A program made the position numbers and the translations under genes. 64,000 nt of DNA, taken from NCBI GenBank assembly GCA_028534125.1, contig JAPYYK010000155.1, forward strand, positions 372,001-436,000, written 5' to 3'. The notes beneath the pieces are model-generated. The model saw nothing but the letters and a program-made list of their open reading frames with translations, was not told the origin of the DNA and did not search any database. Of the stretch, positions 11,871 through 25,214 are shown piece by piece. This stretch comes from Lama glama (taxonomy: Eukaryota). How positions within the stretch are numbered: the first letter of the stretch is position 1; each line of letters opens with the position of its first letter.

Positions 11871-14800
11871 AAAAGAGACCTAAGGTTTTTGCTGCCCAGA
11901 GTTTCCATGCTCTCCCACCCCTCTGTGTTGGTGCAGACAGACAGTCTGAGTGCAGCTTCTGGAACAGCAGAAGGCTTGTGGTTCAAGATTGCCTCTCAAA
12001 GTTAGTGAAGAGAGTTTGAGGAGGATCCCAGATGGCATCCCAACTTTGTCTAATTTTGAACCTCGCTGTGCATCTTAATACCACATACCGACTTGAGCAA
12101 AACAATGGTGTGATGGTTAAGGCTGGAGCAAGCTGTTCTTGGAGACTCCGTAATGCACGCTGGCAACGAATGATGGGAATTAAACCCTCCACCTGCACAG
12201 AGCCAGTGGGATGTGGAATAAACATGCCCAAAGAGGCTTAATTCTGTAACAGTTCTGTTGGGAGAGACTTGATTCTACGATACGCTCTTCAAGGGAGATT
12301 TTATGACATAATAAATCTCACCAGGTATAGATCTGTTGGAAGTATGGGGTGGAGGGTGGTTTCCTCTTCTTTCATTCCCACATAGTTAGAGCAATTATTG
12401 TTCCTTTAAATCACATAAGTTTATTAACAACTTCTAAGAAAAATTAAGCTTCTATTACCCTGGCATCAGAAGGAAAATTTTGTCAAGGGGCAGTCTGATT
12501 CTTAATTCACTCAAAAGCATTTGGTTGGGAGCAAAAAAATGTGTACATTGGAATGAACTCTGGTTTTATGGGGCTTATGTTTGGAGTTCCTTGGCAGTGT
12601 CACCTGCCAGACTGCTATCAGGGTTTCCAAGTCGTCTCCCATTCCCTAAGTAGTGTGTGCACTCTGTGGTGCAAATCATAAAGCTGGTTCATTGCATTTT
12701 TATTCCTCTTGTTGAAAGTTTTGAACAATCAAAGTGCAGGGAGTGATGACATTCTGCTTGTCTTCCAGAACACGGAAAAGGGAAAGGGGCTTACAGGAAT
12801 CCGTGTGTGGTCCCCACTACCCACAAGAAAGAAGCTTTACCTTGATCCTCTAACCATTGTGAATCTCTTGAAGAACTATACCCATTACTCTTCTTAACAG
12901 CTATATGTGGGTTTTGGCTCCTTTTGAAATGTGACGGGGTTTTAATCCAAAAGTTCAGCAATAAAAGTCAGAGAAAGCTGTCATAAGAGAATGGGGCATC
13001 CTGACTGAAACGAGCCTGCAGTAGTGAAATGTAAAGAGCAATAACTGGACCCTGGACCAAGAATAAGGACCAGAGTGAAAAATAAGACCGACTGCTTCTT
13101 CCCGGTTATCAGAGGGGCTCTCTCTCTGGCCACACAGACATGAAATACTGACTGGGTTCTAGAAAGGCAGTAAGGGTGGCTTGTCGTGGGCTGTGTAGTA
13201 GCTACAAAGGGGTCACATCTGTTTGACATTATTACACTTGACTATGATTTGCTGTGCTGTGTGATAACAGAATGGAGCATCAGTGGACTCAGTCGAAAAT
13301 AATTTCCACTGTCTAGGACTTACAATGGTTGCGGTGTTTTTGCTTTTGTTTGTTTTCTGAAATGAGCACCTGAGTGGCCCTCTAAGATGAGTAGGCTCAG
13401 GTCCTCGAGGGAGTTATGAATTCCAGGATTGGCTGGTCTGCACCGTGAAGGGCCATTCTTAATGGTCCACAGAGCATCCTGATGGGGTCTCACCCTTGAG
13501 AAGGTCTGAAGGATGGAAAGGGGGCAGACCTGTATCTTACAGGATATTCTGCCAAGCTCTAAACTAAACCCACCTCAGTCCTGTTTCACGAAGACTATGC
13601 CCGTAGGCCACATTTGAGAGCACGGAATGCCTTCTCTCTGGGAAAACCTGCTCTGCGTCATCCCCACAATAGCATGTTGAAAAAGAAATAAGAGAGAAGA
13701 GAGGCAGAATGTTAGTTCTGAGAAACAAACTTTACCCCCACCCGGTTGTAAATGCGTATATTCTCAGTGTCTTCTCAAAATAGCAAATGGTAAAAAGGAA
13801 ATAGCAGTTATTCAGAAACCTACCACCAAGACATAATTACCGTTGATAACTTAAAGTATTTCCTTAGAGAGCTTTTCGTACATTTCAGATCTGTGTTTCT
13901 TTGACATTTTAATGTACTTCCTGCTTTTATTCATGTAGGTCAGGTATGTGGGGGTCTGTGTGTGTACTGTCTTACAGTATGATGTGATTGGTGATGCACA
14001 GGAAAGCATGAGCTCTGTACTGTTAGATCCTAGTTAAAGACTTATTTTAATAGCTTAAAACCCAGCTATATTCCACCTAGAGTTGGAATAATTAATAAAT
14101 ATGTCTTGATATTTGTGCTGAGGTCTCCGCTTATCAATCCTGAACATGTGGGCATCCCTCACCAGCGTGAACTCCCCTTTCTTTCCCTGTTGTTTACAAC
14201 TCTCCAGCACTTGGCAGGTGTGGTGGTGCTTCCAGCCCTTCCTTTCATCCCCTGCCTGTTTGCTTGGTTACAAAATGTGTTCCAGAATTTTTCACTTTTA
14301 TGAAGCATTCCCAGCAGTCCCTTAATGCTTCTTGTCACTTTTCTCTAAATTCCCTCCAACCCATCAGTAGCTATTTTGGGGGCGTAGCTGGTAGCAAACT
14401 CATGAGCTTCCTGGACTCGGTTAGAGATGATCATCATCTTCATGATCACTGAGTGGGCCCTTGCCAGAGGTATACCTCATGTTGGTCTTCAGTTTCTGGG
14501 TTTCCACTCCAGGATTTAACCCCCTGTCCATCTATGTTACAGGTCTAATTGCTTGTCCATATACGGTACAGGTTCACTTTGACGTAACTGTCTTCCCTAA
14601 AAAGAAATTTTCCAGCACAAATACTTCTAAGTATCACCTTCTTAATCAGCAACCTTTTCTGTATTTCTTTTTTATCTCCTAGTTTTAGACAACATTTTGA
14701 TTCCTTTATCTTCCTTTTACCCAGGTTCTTGAATTCTACGACTGTCCTTTTTGACCCATTTTTCGTGCTCGATGGTGTCTCTGAGCCACACTTTTTTACA

Positions 14801-15109
14801 TTTTTTCAAATAGGTGCTAAGTGTTGTTTCTTGATTTTGGCATAATCTCCGAACTCCCCATTATTCTAACAATTCACAGGTAGAATAATTCTGTCATTAA
14901 AGACATCAGGGCCTGCCTCTCCCATGACAGCCAACTGGCAGGGGTTGTATTTTATACATCTTGGTTTGGTGGCTTCCAGGTAAGGAGATGGGTCAGAGAA
15001 CACGTGATCTCTGCCAATAAGCTCCTTATTAAATCAGCCCTTTGTTTTGGTGCCTGAACTCTCTCCTTTATCCTCTGGAGTGAAGCATCACTCAGTCCTT
15101 CTGATCCAC

Positions 15110-15395
15110 TTTTTTTTTTTTTTGTCGGTTTTGTTTACAAGACACCCACTTTATTTTTTAATTGAATATTGCTGTACAATATGTTATAGGTATACAATAT
15201 GATTCACAATTTTTAAAGGTTATACTCCATTTATAGTTATTATAAAATATTAGCTATATTCCCCATGTTGTTCAATATATCCTTTTAGCTTATTTTATAT
15301 CAAATAGTTTGTACCTCTTAACTCCCCTGCTCCTGTATTGCCCCTTCCCTGTTCCCACACCCCACTGGTAACCACCAGTTTGTTCTCTATATCTC
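15110..15395 (-). mobile_element. 5'-truncated cetartiodactyl-type L1 3' end with TSD and short 3' extension
   Basis: Poly(T) 15110-15123. L1 3'UTR motifs (ttaaaggttatactccatttatagttattataaaatattagctatattcccc; cccactggtaaccac). TSD tctgatcc[a/c]cttttt at 15100-15114 and 15396-15410. Confidence 0.85.
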
Positions 15396-15414
15396 TCTGA
15401 TCCCCTTTTTAAAG

Positions 15415-15885
15415 TGTTTTTATTGTGATGACACATATATAACATAAAATTTGATATTTTAACCATTTTTAAGTGTACAATTCAGTGGCATTTTAATTAA
15501 TTCACAGAGATGTCAATTGTCACCACTATTTCCAAAACATCACTTCAAACAGACGAGTAACCATTAAGTAATGACTCCCCATTCTCCCCTCCCTCCAACT
15601 CCTGGTAAACTCCATTCTACTTTCTGTCTCTATGAATTTGCTATTCTAGATATTTCATAAAGTGAAGTCATTCAATTATTTGTCATTTTATGTCTGACAT
15701 TTCACTTAGCATTATCTTTTCATCCACGTTGAAGCTTGTATCAGAACTGTTCCTTTTCATGGTGGAACAATATTCCATTCAATGGATAAGCTACATTTTG
15801 TTTATCCATTCATCTTTTGATGGGCACTTAACGTTGTTTCCACCTTTTGGCCATTGGAAATAATGCTGCATTGAACACTGGAGTT
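15415..15885 (-). mobile_element. Old L1M (L1MB-like) 3' end
   Basis: ttaaccatttttaagtgtacaattcagtggcatt...ttctactttctgtctctatgaatttg...tttccaccttttggc. Confidence 0.8.
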
Positions 15886-16686
15886 CTCATAGATATTTTT
15901 GAAGTTCTTCCTTCCTTCCTCCTTCCTTTCCCATCCTTGTGACAGCACCTGAGTGTCCAGCTCCCATCACCTCACACCTGTAAAGGCTGCTCTACCCGTA
16001 GCTGCTCCCGCCTTCATGCAAAAAAGTAAAAATTACAGTAAAAAAATAAAGAAGGGGAGAAGCCATTAATTGCACTAATTATATTTGTCTAAAAATAACG
16101 TAAATGTTTTGAAAAATAGAGAGGGGAAATATTCCTTTAATCTTGCCACTTTGGTATAAGTAATGATATAATTTTGGTTTCTTTCTGCCAACTTTTTGCA
16201 TTGCCTTCTTTATCTTTTTAAACCTAAATGTGAACATGTTACGTGTTTTCTTAAAAAGTGTATGTGAGTTAAACCCTGTTTTGCTTCCATTTTGCTGATT
16301 GCCATAAAGATTTCCTTTGGTTAGCATTTGCCTTTTATACATTTTTCCCTCCTATAATTTTTAGTCTTTTTGTATACCTATGTTTTATGTGTGTCCAGAC
16401 CTGCCCCTGTTTGCAGGCCTGAGGCTAGAGTACAGCGGAGGCTTACACACGTCTTGATTGCTTCAGTTGGTAAGTAGGTCTTCATTTAGGAAAGGTTTTC
16501 CAGTTTCAGAGATTTCATCTGACCTATCACAGTTATGGATTTGATCAGGATAATTCTCTTGTACATTTTATTGTTTGATCAATAACTCTTAATGTAAAAA
16601 ATAATGTGAAATTATGTTTGAGAGTTTTATGTGAATAATGAGTGACAAAAGTCTGCCTGCTTGCATTATCTCCAATTTTACAATTT

Positions 16687-16726
<40 letters not shown>

Positions 16727-16730
16727 TACA
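16687..16730. repeat. (TA)n(CA)n compound microsatellite next to a short L1 fragment
   Basis: Direct reading; followed by L1-like tttatccagtcatctgtcagtgg. Confidence 0.9.
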
Positions 16731-17744
16731 GTCTTTATCCAGTCATCTGTCAGTGGCTATTTAAGTTGTTTCCACATCTTGGCCATTGTAAATATTTTTT
16801 AAAATAAATACATGGTTATTATGGTTAATTTAGAAATATAGAAAGGTAGAAGAATAAAATAAAAATCTCCAGGAATTTTCTATACTAAAGATGACATAAT
16901 CATTGTAGAAACTTTCTTAAGGCCTGTCTTCTACGTACATTATTTTTACATAGCTGAGTTCACACTATATGTGTCAATTTAAGCATAATTAAAAGTGGGA
17001 AAGTGGAAGATTGTATAGAGGGGTTGGCAGCAAATAATATCAAGTCTTTCCAATAAAACTCTCTTATTATGCAGACTTCTATTTGTGGAAGGTGAAAATA
17101 TTTTTTGTTTAGTAATTCTTTTAGCACAGTGTCCCAACCATATATTAAAAAAAAAAATTTAGAGTGTTGGAATAGAACAATGTCAGTAATTGATTTAGGT
17201 GGTCATCAAACATGGCAAGAGATTTCATCTGAAGCATAGACTTAAAAATAATAATAAAAGATCTGGTCCTGTGAATGGAATAAAAATTGTAAGTGGAGCA
17301 ACTGAGGAACAACTTTAAGGGCAACTTTACCCCCAAACCAAAGAACACACAAGAAAATGTAATTCATTATTGGATTTCTAACTTTGACTTTAAGCGGGAT
17401 AAGGGAAGCCCTCCCCAACCCCGTCATTTTTACCCTAAATTTCTTCTTACTGTGTTCATTTTTAAAATCTCATTTGGCCAAAATATACATATAAATCAGT
17501 TTTTCAATAGGAGTAGATAGGTGGGTGGACTTTCTGATTCCTTGCCTAGCTGACATTCTTAAGTGTTTTCAATTCGGCTATTAAAAAATTCTTGGGTGAC
17601 AAATTTTAATTTCTAGTCTCTCAGCTAGGTGCACTGGGGGACACAGTAGGACTCTGACTTGGAGCTCCCAGAATACTTGGAAAAGACAGGCAATAAAGCA
17701 ACTGTTCAACAAATTTTTTTTTTTGATCTGATTAGATTTTTAAT

Positions 17745-18860
17745 AACAGCTTTATTGACATTTAACTCATCCTGTCAAAGTATACAGTTCATTGGTTTTT
17801 AGCGTATTCACAGACTTCTGTAATCATGATCACAATCTAAATTTAGAATATTTCCATCACCCCTAAAAGAAACCCGATACTTAATAGCGGTTACTTCTCA
17901 TTCTCCTCTCTCCTCATTGCCTGGCTTCCACTAATCTACTTTCTATTTCTATGGATTACCTATTCTGGAAATTTCATATGAGTTAAATCATTCAACATTT
18001 GGCCCTTTGTGACTGGCTTCTTTCACTTAGCATAATTTTTAAAGCTTCATTCATGTGTCAGACCTTATTTCTTCTCTACTGTTGAATAATATTCCCTTGT
18101 ATATATATATATATATACACACTACGTTTATCCATTCATCAGTTGATTGACATTTGGGTTTTCCCACTTTTTGGCTATTAAAAATACTGAATAATGAACA
18201 TTCCAATACAAGTTTTTGTGTGAATACATGCCTTCATTTTTCCTGGGTGTAAACCTACGAGTGAAATTACTGGGTAATATGGTAATCTAGGGTTTAACCT
18301 TTTGAGTAACTCTGAATTGGTTTTCCAAAGAGGCTGCATCATTTTACCATCTGACCAGCAATGTATGAGGGTTCTAAATGTGTCCACATCCTTGTTGACG
18401 CTTGTTATCATCTGTGTTTTTTCATTCTAGCCATCCTAGTGGGTATGAAGTAGTATCTCATTGCTGTTTTTATCTGCATTAGCCTAGTGAAACATAGGTT
18501 TTCATTTCGATGATGTTAACTTATCCATTGTTTGCCTTTTATCATTTGTATTTTTGGTGTCATAGTTTTAAAAAAACCAAAACATTGCCTAGTCCAAGAT
18601 CATGACGATTTACTTCTGTTTTCTTCTAAGAATGTTATAGCTTTAGCTCTTACATTTAATTTTCTGATCCAGTTCAAACTGTGTGTACGATGTGGCATAG
18701 GGCCCAACTTCATCCTTGCATCTTGCAGGTGGATATATAGCTGTCCCAGCACTATTTGTTGAAAAGAATTATTCTTTCTCCACTCAGTTGCCAAGAGACC
18801 TTGTCAAAAGTAAATTATTCATAAATGCAAGGGTTTATTTATGGATCCTCGTTATATTTC
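17745..18860 (-). mobile_element. Old L1MB-like 3' region with internal deletion
   Basis: agctttattgac...ttccatcacccctaaaagaaaccc...gactggcttctttcacttagcataat...tagccatcctagtgggtatgaagtagtatctcattg. Confidence 0.85.
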
Positions 18861-20369
18861 ATCAGTTATTTCATATAAATAGTCACTAGCCTTACCAGGT
18901 GTCACATGTTCCTACACGCTTAGCATGAACAATGATTATCAATAGTTGAGGAAGAGAATCATGGTCTGTTATTTCCAAAGGTCCTGTGAAGTGCGTGTGC
19001 AACTGAGAGTTTGTTAGGTTTATACAGGCTACAAACAAGTCTGCTTTGTACACTATTGAGTAAGTAGTTAAAAGGCTGTGGAATGTCTCAGGTCTCTCAG
19101 AGCTCACACTTGCGGGAAGTTTGATTTCACAACTCATACGTGACAGTCTCAAATAAAAGTTCTCCCGTGAGAGTCTTACTATGGACAGAGAAAAAGACTC
19201 TGCCTTTTTCAGGGCTGCTATTATTATTTAGGGCTTCTTTGGCTTTTTGTTTTTTGGGGTTTTTTGCTGTTGTTTCAAAAAGATTGTATTTTGCAATAAG
19301 CAAAACCATAGGTAGATCTTAAATAAAGAGAAGCCATGTTTAGGATTTTTGTTTTCTTGAGTCTCAGTGATTCTCCATTTATCCCAGAAGGTAGTCACCA
19401 TTACTTGCAAGCAGTGAAGATACATGGGGTTTCTGATACTTATCTGAATAGTCTATGTTTATGAATAGAGTAAAAACAGTATCCCAAACTTTTCTTTCAA
19501 CTCTAGAAACATCTGAATGTATTGTAAATATTCCACTCAAATTAATCTCACTTTTATATATATAATGAGATTGTTGTTGAATAAATAATTGGAAAAACAG
19601 AGGACCCTTAATCAACACCACACAATCACATATATTAAAAAAGGGTCCCTTGTAGCTGACAACAGAGGAACTAAGGGGAAAAAAAATCAGCTTTCTTGTA
19701 TCTAAAGTATTTTAAGCAATGGATGAACCAACATAAAACACACTTGGTACCTCCAGCACATATAATTAAATCTCTCATTTTAAGGTTTTGCACATCAGTC
19801 TGCCCAGTTGTGCAGAGAAAAGGAGAGGAGTAAATATGCAACAAAATAGTGAGTACCTCTAACTGCTTTATAGGCTGTTCCCCAAAATGAAGTCATCCAT
19901 GATAACCTGTTTATTCTCACCAGCAGCTATCACTTGTTGGGGCGTCCAGACTCTTTGCTGTGGCCCCAGGCACGTGACGTTCCTAGAGAGCAGGATTTTG
20001 TTCGATCGTTCATGATTCACCCTTTAATTTATATCCGCAGTTGTGGCAAGCATGGGGAATTTCACAATAGAAAAATGTAGATCCTGCCCTTAGGGATTGT
20101 GAGAGCTTTGGAGACCCAGCCCTCAGAATAGCTTTAGTAAAACTTTGTTAGTAGAGAAGGAAAGAAGGGAGGGAGGAAGGGATGGACAGACAGAAGGACG
20201 GATAGATGGACTTGGATTCCATCCCTCCTACCGGAGAAAGATGCAATCACGTGATGGCACTTGAGACATAAAAAGGGTGTAAAATGTGAGCAAAAGGAAG
20301 ACAGAGGCACGAGAAAAGGAGAATTGTAGCATAATGTTTGAGGGCACAGTCTTTGAAGACAGAGAGCAG

Positions 20370-20580
20370 ATTTCATCCCTAGATCTGCCATTCACTGACG
20401 GTGATTTGGGGCAATTCACTTTATTTTTGAGCCTCAGTCCCCTCTATAATTGTAATATAATACGAGTAGCGATATCTACCTCATTGGATTATTGGGAGGA
20501 TTTAATATGATAATAAGACAATAAATGTCATTCCTTTAGTACAATACCCAGCACGTAGGAAGCACTCAGTCAGGGAAATA
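20370..20580. mobile_element. MIR SINE
   Basis: gtgatttggggcaattcacttta..tgagcctcagt..ctataa..ataatac MIR core. Confidence 0.65.
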
Positions 20581-21289
20581 TCAGTCATTGATAGAAGATG
20601 CTTATCATACTCTGGTTGTCCTTAGCCCTGAAATGTGGTGTAGCACACAAATGTAAACATTTTGAAATCAGTCATGAGCAGTAGGCTTTTAGATTTTTTT
20701 CTTACTTTTGAAATAGGTTTAAGACAATGCTGCTGTGGAAAGCCTCTAAGAAAATGTCATTTTTTTTTGTACCATTTGCTTTTCTAAAAATCTGTCAAAT
20801 CCCTTAAGTTTCCCCCTTGACCTTTTTGGAAGCTGAAACAAAGATTGAATCATCATAAAACTATTTGAGGTTTGCTTTGAATCTACGTGAGTGAGGTCTC
20901 TTGGTAACTGACCTTCTGTCAACCTGAATGGGCCCATTACAGGGTGGAGAGTGTACACCCCCTACCTGGCCACCACCCCTGTGACAGCCGTGTTCTGGAT
21001 CCTAAGGAGTTTCATGTGCAGAGTTGTGACAAAAATCAGCCAAGTGTAGTAATAATATCAGGTGACATGGTAGTTTGGAACACAGAAGAGGCAAGGAAAT
21101 TTTGTATCCAGCTGTGCCCAATAGACCTTGTCTATGGACTTTATAGGCACCCCATTGTCACTTGTCATTCAGTGACTGAGACCATTACTTAAAAGGAAAA
21201 GAATCCTTACCTGTCACAATGTTCTCTCAGCAGTGCAACTTCATGAGTGAAGATAGTGATGTTCTAGTAGTTAATCCAAACTCTTTAAA

Positions 21290-23272
21290 ATGTTGAAACT
21301 AATCAACAAGTTCAGTGAAGTTGTAAGATATGAAATTAGCATACAGAAAGCAGTTGTGTTTCTATACACTAACAACAAAATATCTAGAAAAGAAATAAAG
21401 TAAGCAATCTTGTTCACAATAGCATCAATAAAATACTCAGAAATAAATTAACCGAGGAAGGAAAAGATCTATACAATGAAAACTAGAAGACTTTGATGAA
21501 GTAAATTGAAGAAGACAAATGGATGGAAAGATATCCTGTGTTCATGGAACATAAGAATTAATATCGTTAAAATATACATATTACTCAAGGCCATTTATAG
21601 ATTCAATGCCATCTCTATCAAAATTCCAATGGCATTTTTCACAAAAATAGAAAAACTCTAAAATTTGTATGGCACCACGAGACCTAGAATAGGCACAGCA
21701 ATCCTGAGAAAGAACAAAACTAGAGGCATTGCACTTCCTGATTTCAAACTTTATTACAAAGATATATTAATCAAAACAGTATGGCACTGGCATAAAAATA
21801 AACACACAGACCAAGAGAACATAATATAGAGCCCAGAAATAAACTCCCACATATAACATTAGCTAATACCTGACAAGGGGCCAAGAAGTCTCAATGCGGA
21901 AAGAATAGCCTCTTAAATAAATGGTGCTGGGAAAATGAGATAACCACATTTAGAAAAATTTAGAAAAATGAAATTGGATTCCTAGCTTCACAAAAATGAA
22001 CTCAAAATGGATTAAAGACTTAAACATAAGACTTGAAACCATAAAACTCCCAGAAGGAAAAATAGGGGAAAAGCTATTTGATGTTGACTTGGCAATAAAT
22101 TTTTAGATATGATACCAAATGCATAAACAACAAAATAAAAAATCAACCAGTGGGACTACATCAAACTAAAAAGCTTCTGCACCACGGAAGAAAATCAACA
22201 AAATGAAAAGGCAAACTGGAATGGGAGAAATGGTTTCAAACCATACCAGATAAACAGTTAATATCCAAAATGTATAAATAGCTCATACAACTCAACATTA
22301 AAAAAAGCAAACAGTCCAATTTTNNNNNNNNNNNNNNNNNNNNNNNNNNNNNNNNNNNNNNNNNNNNNNNNNNNNNNNNNNNNNNNNNNNNNNNNNNNNN
22401 NNNNNNNNNNNNNNNNNNNNNNNNNNNNNNNNNNNNNNNNNNNNNNNNNNNNNNNNNNNNNNNNGACTAAAATCAAAAAACAATAAATAACAGGTGTTGG
22501 TGAGGATGTAGAGAAAAGGAAACCCTCATGCACTGTTGGTGAATGTAAACTGGTTCAGCCACTACAGTAAACAGGAGTCTTCAAAAATTTAATCAACTTA
22601 CCATATGATCCAGCAATCCCACTTCAGGTTACATATCCAAAGAAAATGACAACAGCATATTGAAAAGATACAGGTACCCCCATGTTCACTGCAGCGTAAT
22701 TCATAATAGTCAAGATACGGAAATAACCTAAGTGTCCATCAATGGATGAATGGATAAAGGACATGTGATGTATATGAATATAAACATTACTCAGCTATGA
22801 GAAAGAAGGAAATTTTGCCGTTTGCAACAACATAGATGGATCTTGAGAGTGTTATGCTAAGTAAGTCAGACAGAGAAAGATAAATATTGTGTGATATCAT
22901 TTACATGTGGAATCTGAAAAAGCTGAACTCGTGGAAACAGTAGAATGTGGGCTGTGGGGTGGGGGAATTGAGGAGATGATGCTGGTCAAAGGACACATAC
23001 TTGAAGTTAGAAGAGGAATGAGTTCTGGAGATCTAATGCACAGCATTATGATTATAGTCAACAGTACTAAATTATATATTTCAGAGTTGCTAAGAGACCA
23101 GATCTTAAATGTTCACCATCAGAAAGAAGTGTTAATTATGTGGGGTGGTAGAAGTGTTAGCTAATATTACAGTGGTACTCATATTGTAACACACAAATGC
23201 TTCAAATCGATGTGTTGTGCATCCTAAACTTACATTATTTTATGTCAGTTGCATTTCAATTTTTTTTAAAAA
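21290..23272 (+). mobile_element. L1MA-class LINE-1, 3' ~2 kb (degenerate ORF2 C-terminus + 3'UTR), with N gap 22324-22464
   Basis: Classic ORF2 motifs (atagattcaatgccatctctatcaaaattccaatggcatttttcaca; gggactacatcaaactaaaaagcttctgcac; gtgtccatcaatggatgaatggataaag), with multiple stops and frameshifts. Confidence 0.92.
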
Positions 23273-24436
23273 AGTCCATCATGTAAAAAAATTTAAATTT
23301 ACTTATAAATAGCAAAATAAAATGCTCCCAAAGCACTTTGCAGGTGATAAATATGTGATAAAAGTGGGTTGGATTGGGATAAGTGTTGGAATTTGTTTGA
23401 GAAGTGAAATTATACGATTATGATTGGTGCTCCCACCACAATCATAAGTAATACCCAGTATCTTATACTCATTCCAAACTGTAGTTATTAAAAATTGTGT
23501 AGGTCACCATATAGTAGAAATACTCATTTCTCGAAGAAATATTTGGTGTTAGCCCAGAATTAGAGCATATTTTTGTGAAAAAAAAAAGTTTATCAAATCT
23601 GCCATAAAAAGGAACCAATTATTTGTATGTTTCCTTCTAGCATTTTAATAAGTCCCCTTGATACCTGGCCAAAGCAATTGAATATTCTTACAACGAATAA
23701 AATGAAAGCAAGAAAGTGGTCAGTCTAATTTCAACAGTGAACAAACTGAGAAAAACAATTATCATTTCAAATATTTCATTTTTCCACTTTGCAAATTGGA
23801 ATAATTTTTCTTAAATATATGTTTCTTATTTCCTCAGTGATTTAAAAAATCACATTTAGATGTGTTTATTGCTGATGAATATTTCCCATAGTTTGATAAC
23901 ATTGGTTTGTTGGGAATTATCTAAATATGTAATTAATTCAGATAATGAATTAGGAACAGACTTATGGATTAATGTTTGCTCAGAACATCAGTGTTTTAGG
24001 AAATAACATGTTTACAGTGAGCACATTATTAGCCTCATCAGATGTCGGTGTAATTTTCAAATAAATGTTTTATAATGGTCCTCAGTAGTTTTGAATGAGA
24101 AAATGTTTTGCTTTAGGTCACAGAGGTTGAGGAAATGGAATAGTTGCAGTAAGTGTTTGTGGTACATTAATTCCGATGTCCTCTTCTGACAAAATTAAAA
24201 TGATAATTGGTATAGTTATACACATCCACAACAGGGCCATAAGATACTTCCAGGACATAATAACTGTGTCTTCATGAGGTCCATCTTACTTTCTTAGCCC
24301 TCAATGTCTTTTTGGTAGAATAAAAGGTCTTACTGTATATGGCAGCACACTGGTCAGCCTTTCAGTACTTTTCCCAATCAGGGTTGAAGGAGCCTAGTTG
24401 CTTCAGCCTTTACCCACCTATGTCCTCTCTCCACAT

Positions 24437-24455
24437 CTGCCACGAGGGGGCAGCA
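24437..24455 (+). promoter_or_regulatory. Candidate CTCF-binding motif
   Basis: ctGCCACGAGGGGGCAGCA closely matches the CTCF core CCAC/GYAGGKGGCAGY. Confidence 0.5.
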
Positions 24456-25214
24456 GTGAGACCGCCTTAGCCCAGGGTTGGGTTTATTTCTTTGAAGAGT
24501 ACGGCAGTGTTCCCCACTGTGTGGTTAAAACCTGTTTTGATGTGGAACAATTTGGGCCAGACTGTGGTGATATATGATCTCATAGTCTACTATAGTATTA
24601 TTTTAGAGTTTTTATTACAAGACATCAAACATTGTATCTGCAAAACATGAGGATAGATTATGGTACATTCAGAAACTGCCGAGAAATAACAAGAAACAAG
24701 AGAACAGGGCACTTCGGGAATATAAGACCTATTGAATGAGAAATGTTCTGTGCTGACTATGAATGGATTTGCTACTTGCAGAGAAACTCCATTACACTGG
24801 TCTTCTGAACTGGATAACATTTTCCTGATCTTTTGCCTAGTGTAGCAAATAAAATCCTATGTATTCTTTTAGAAAGTTGCCAGAGTGTCTTCATCAATTT
24901 GAATTTTGCTTTATCACTTTATTATAAGGCTTATTTTTAATTCTTTTCAGTATGCTCATTAGGTGCCCAAATAAAATGGAATAACCTATTTCTAATTGCA
25001 AAATATTACATATGATTTTTTTCCAGCCTGATTGTACAGTCAACTGAGAAAACAAAATGCATTCCTTCTCCACTGAATTCCTTTGCAGAGTATTCCTTAG
25101 GGTCAGAGGATGCTATCTGTCCATCTCCAGAAAATTGTTAGAAAATGATACATTGAACTTACCTGGTTTCCTCTTTGCTGTGATTATGTTTCTCTAAGAA
25201 ATTTTTTTAAAGGA

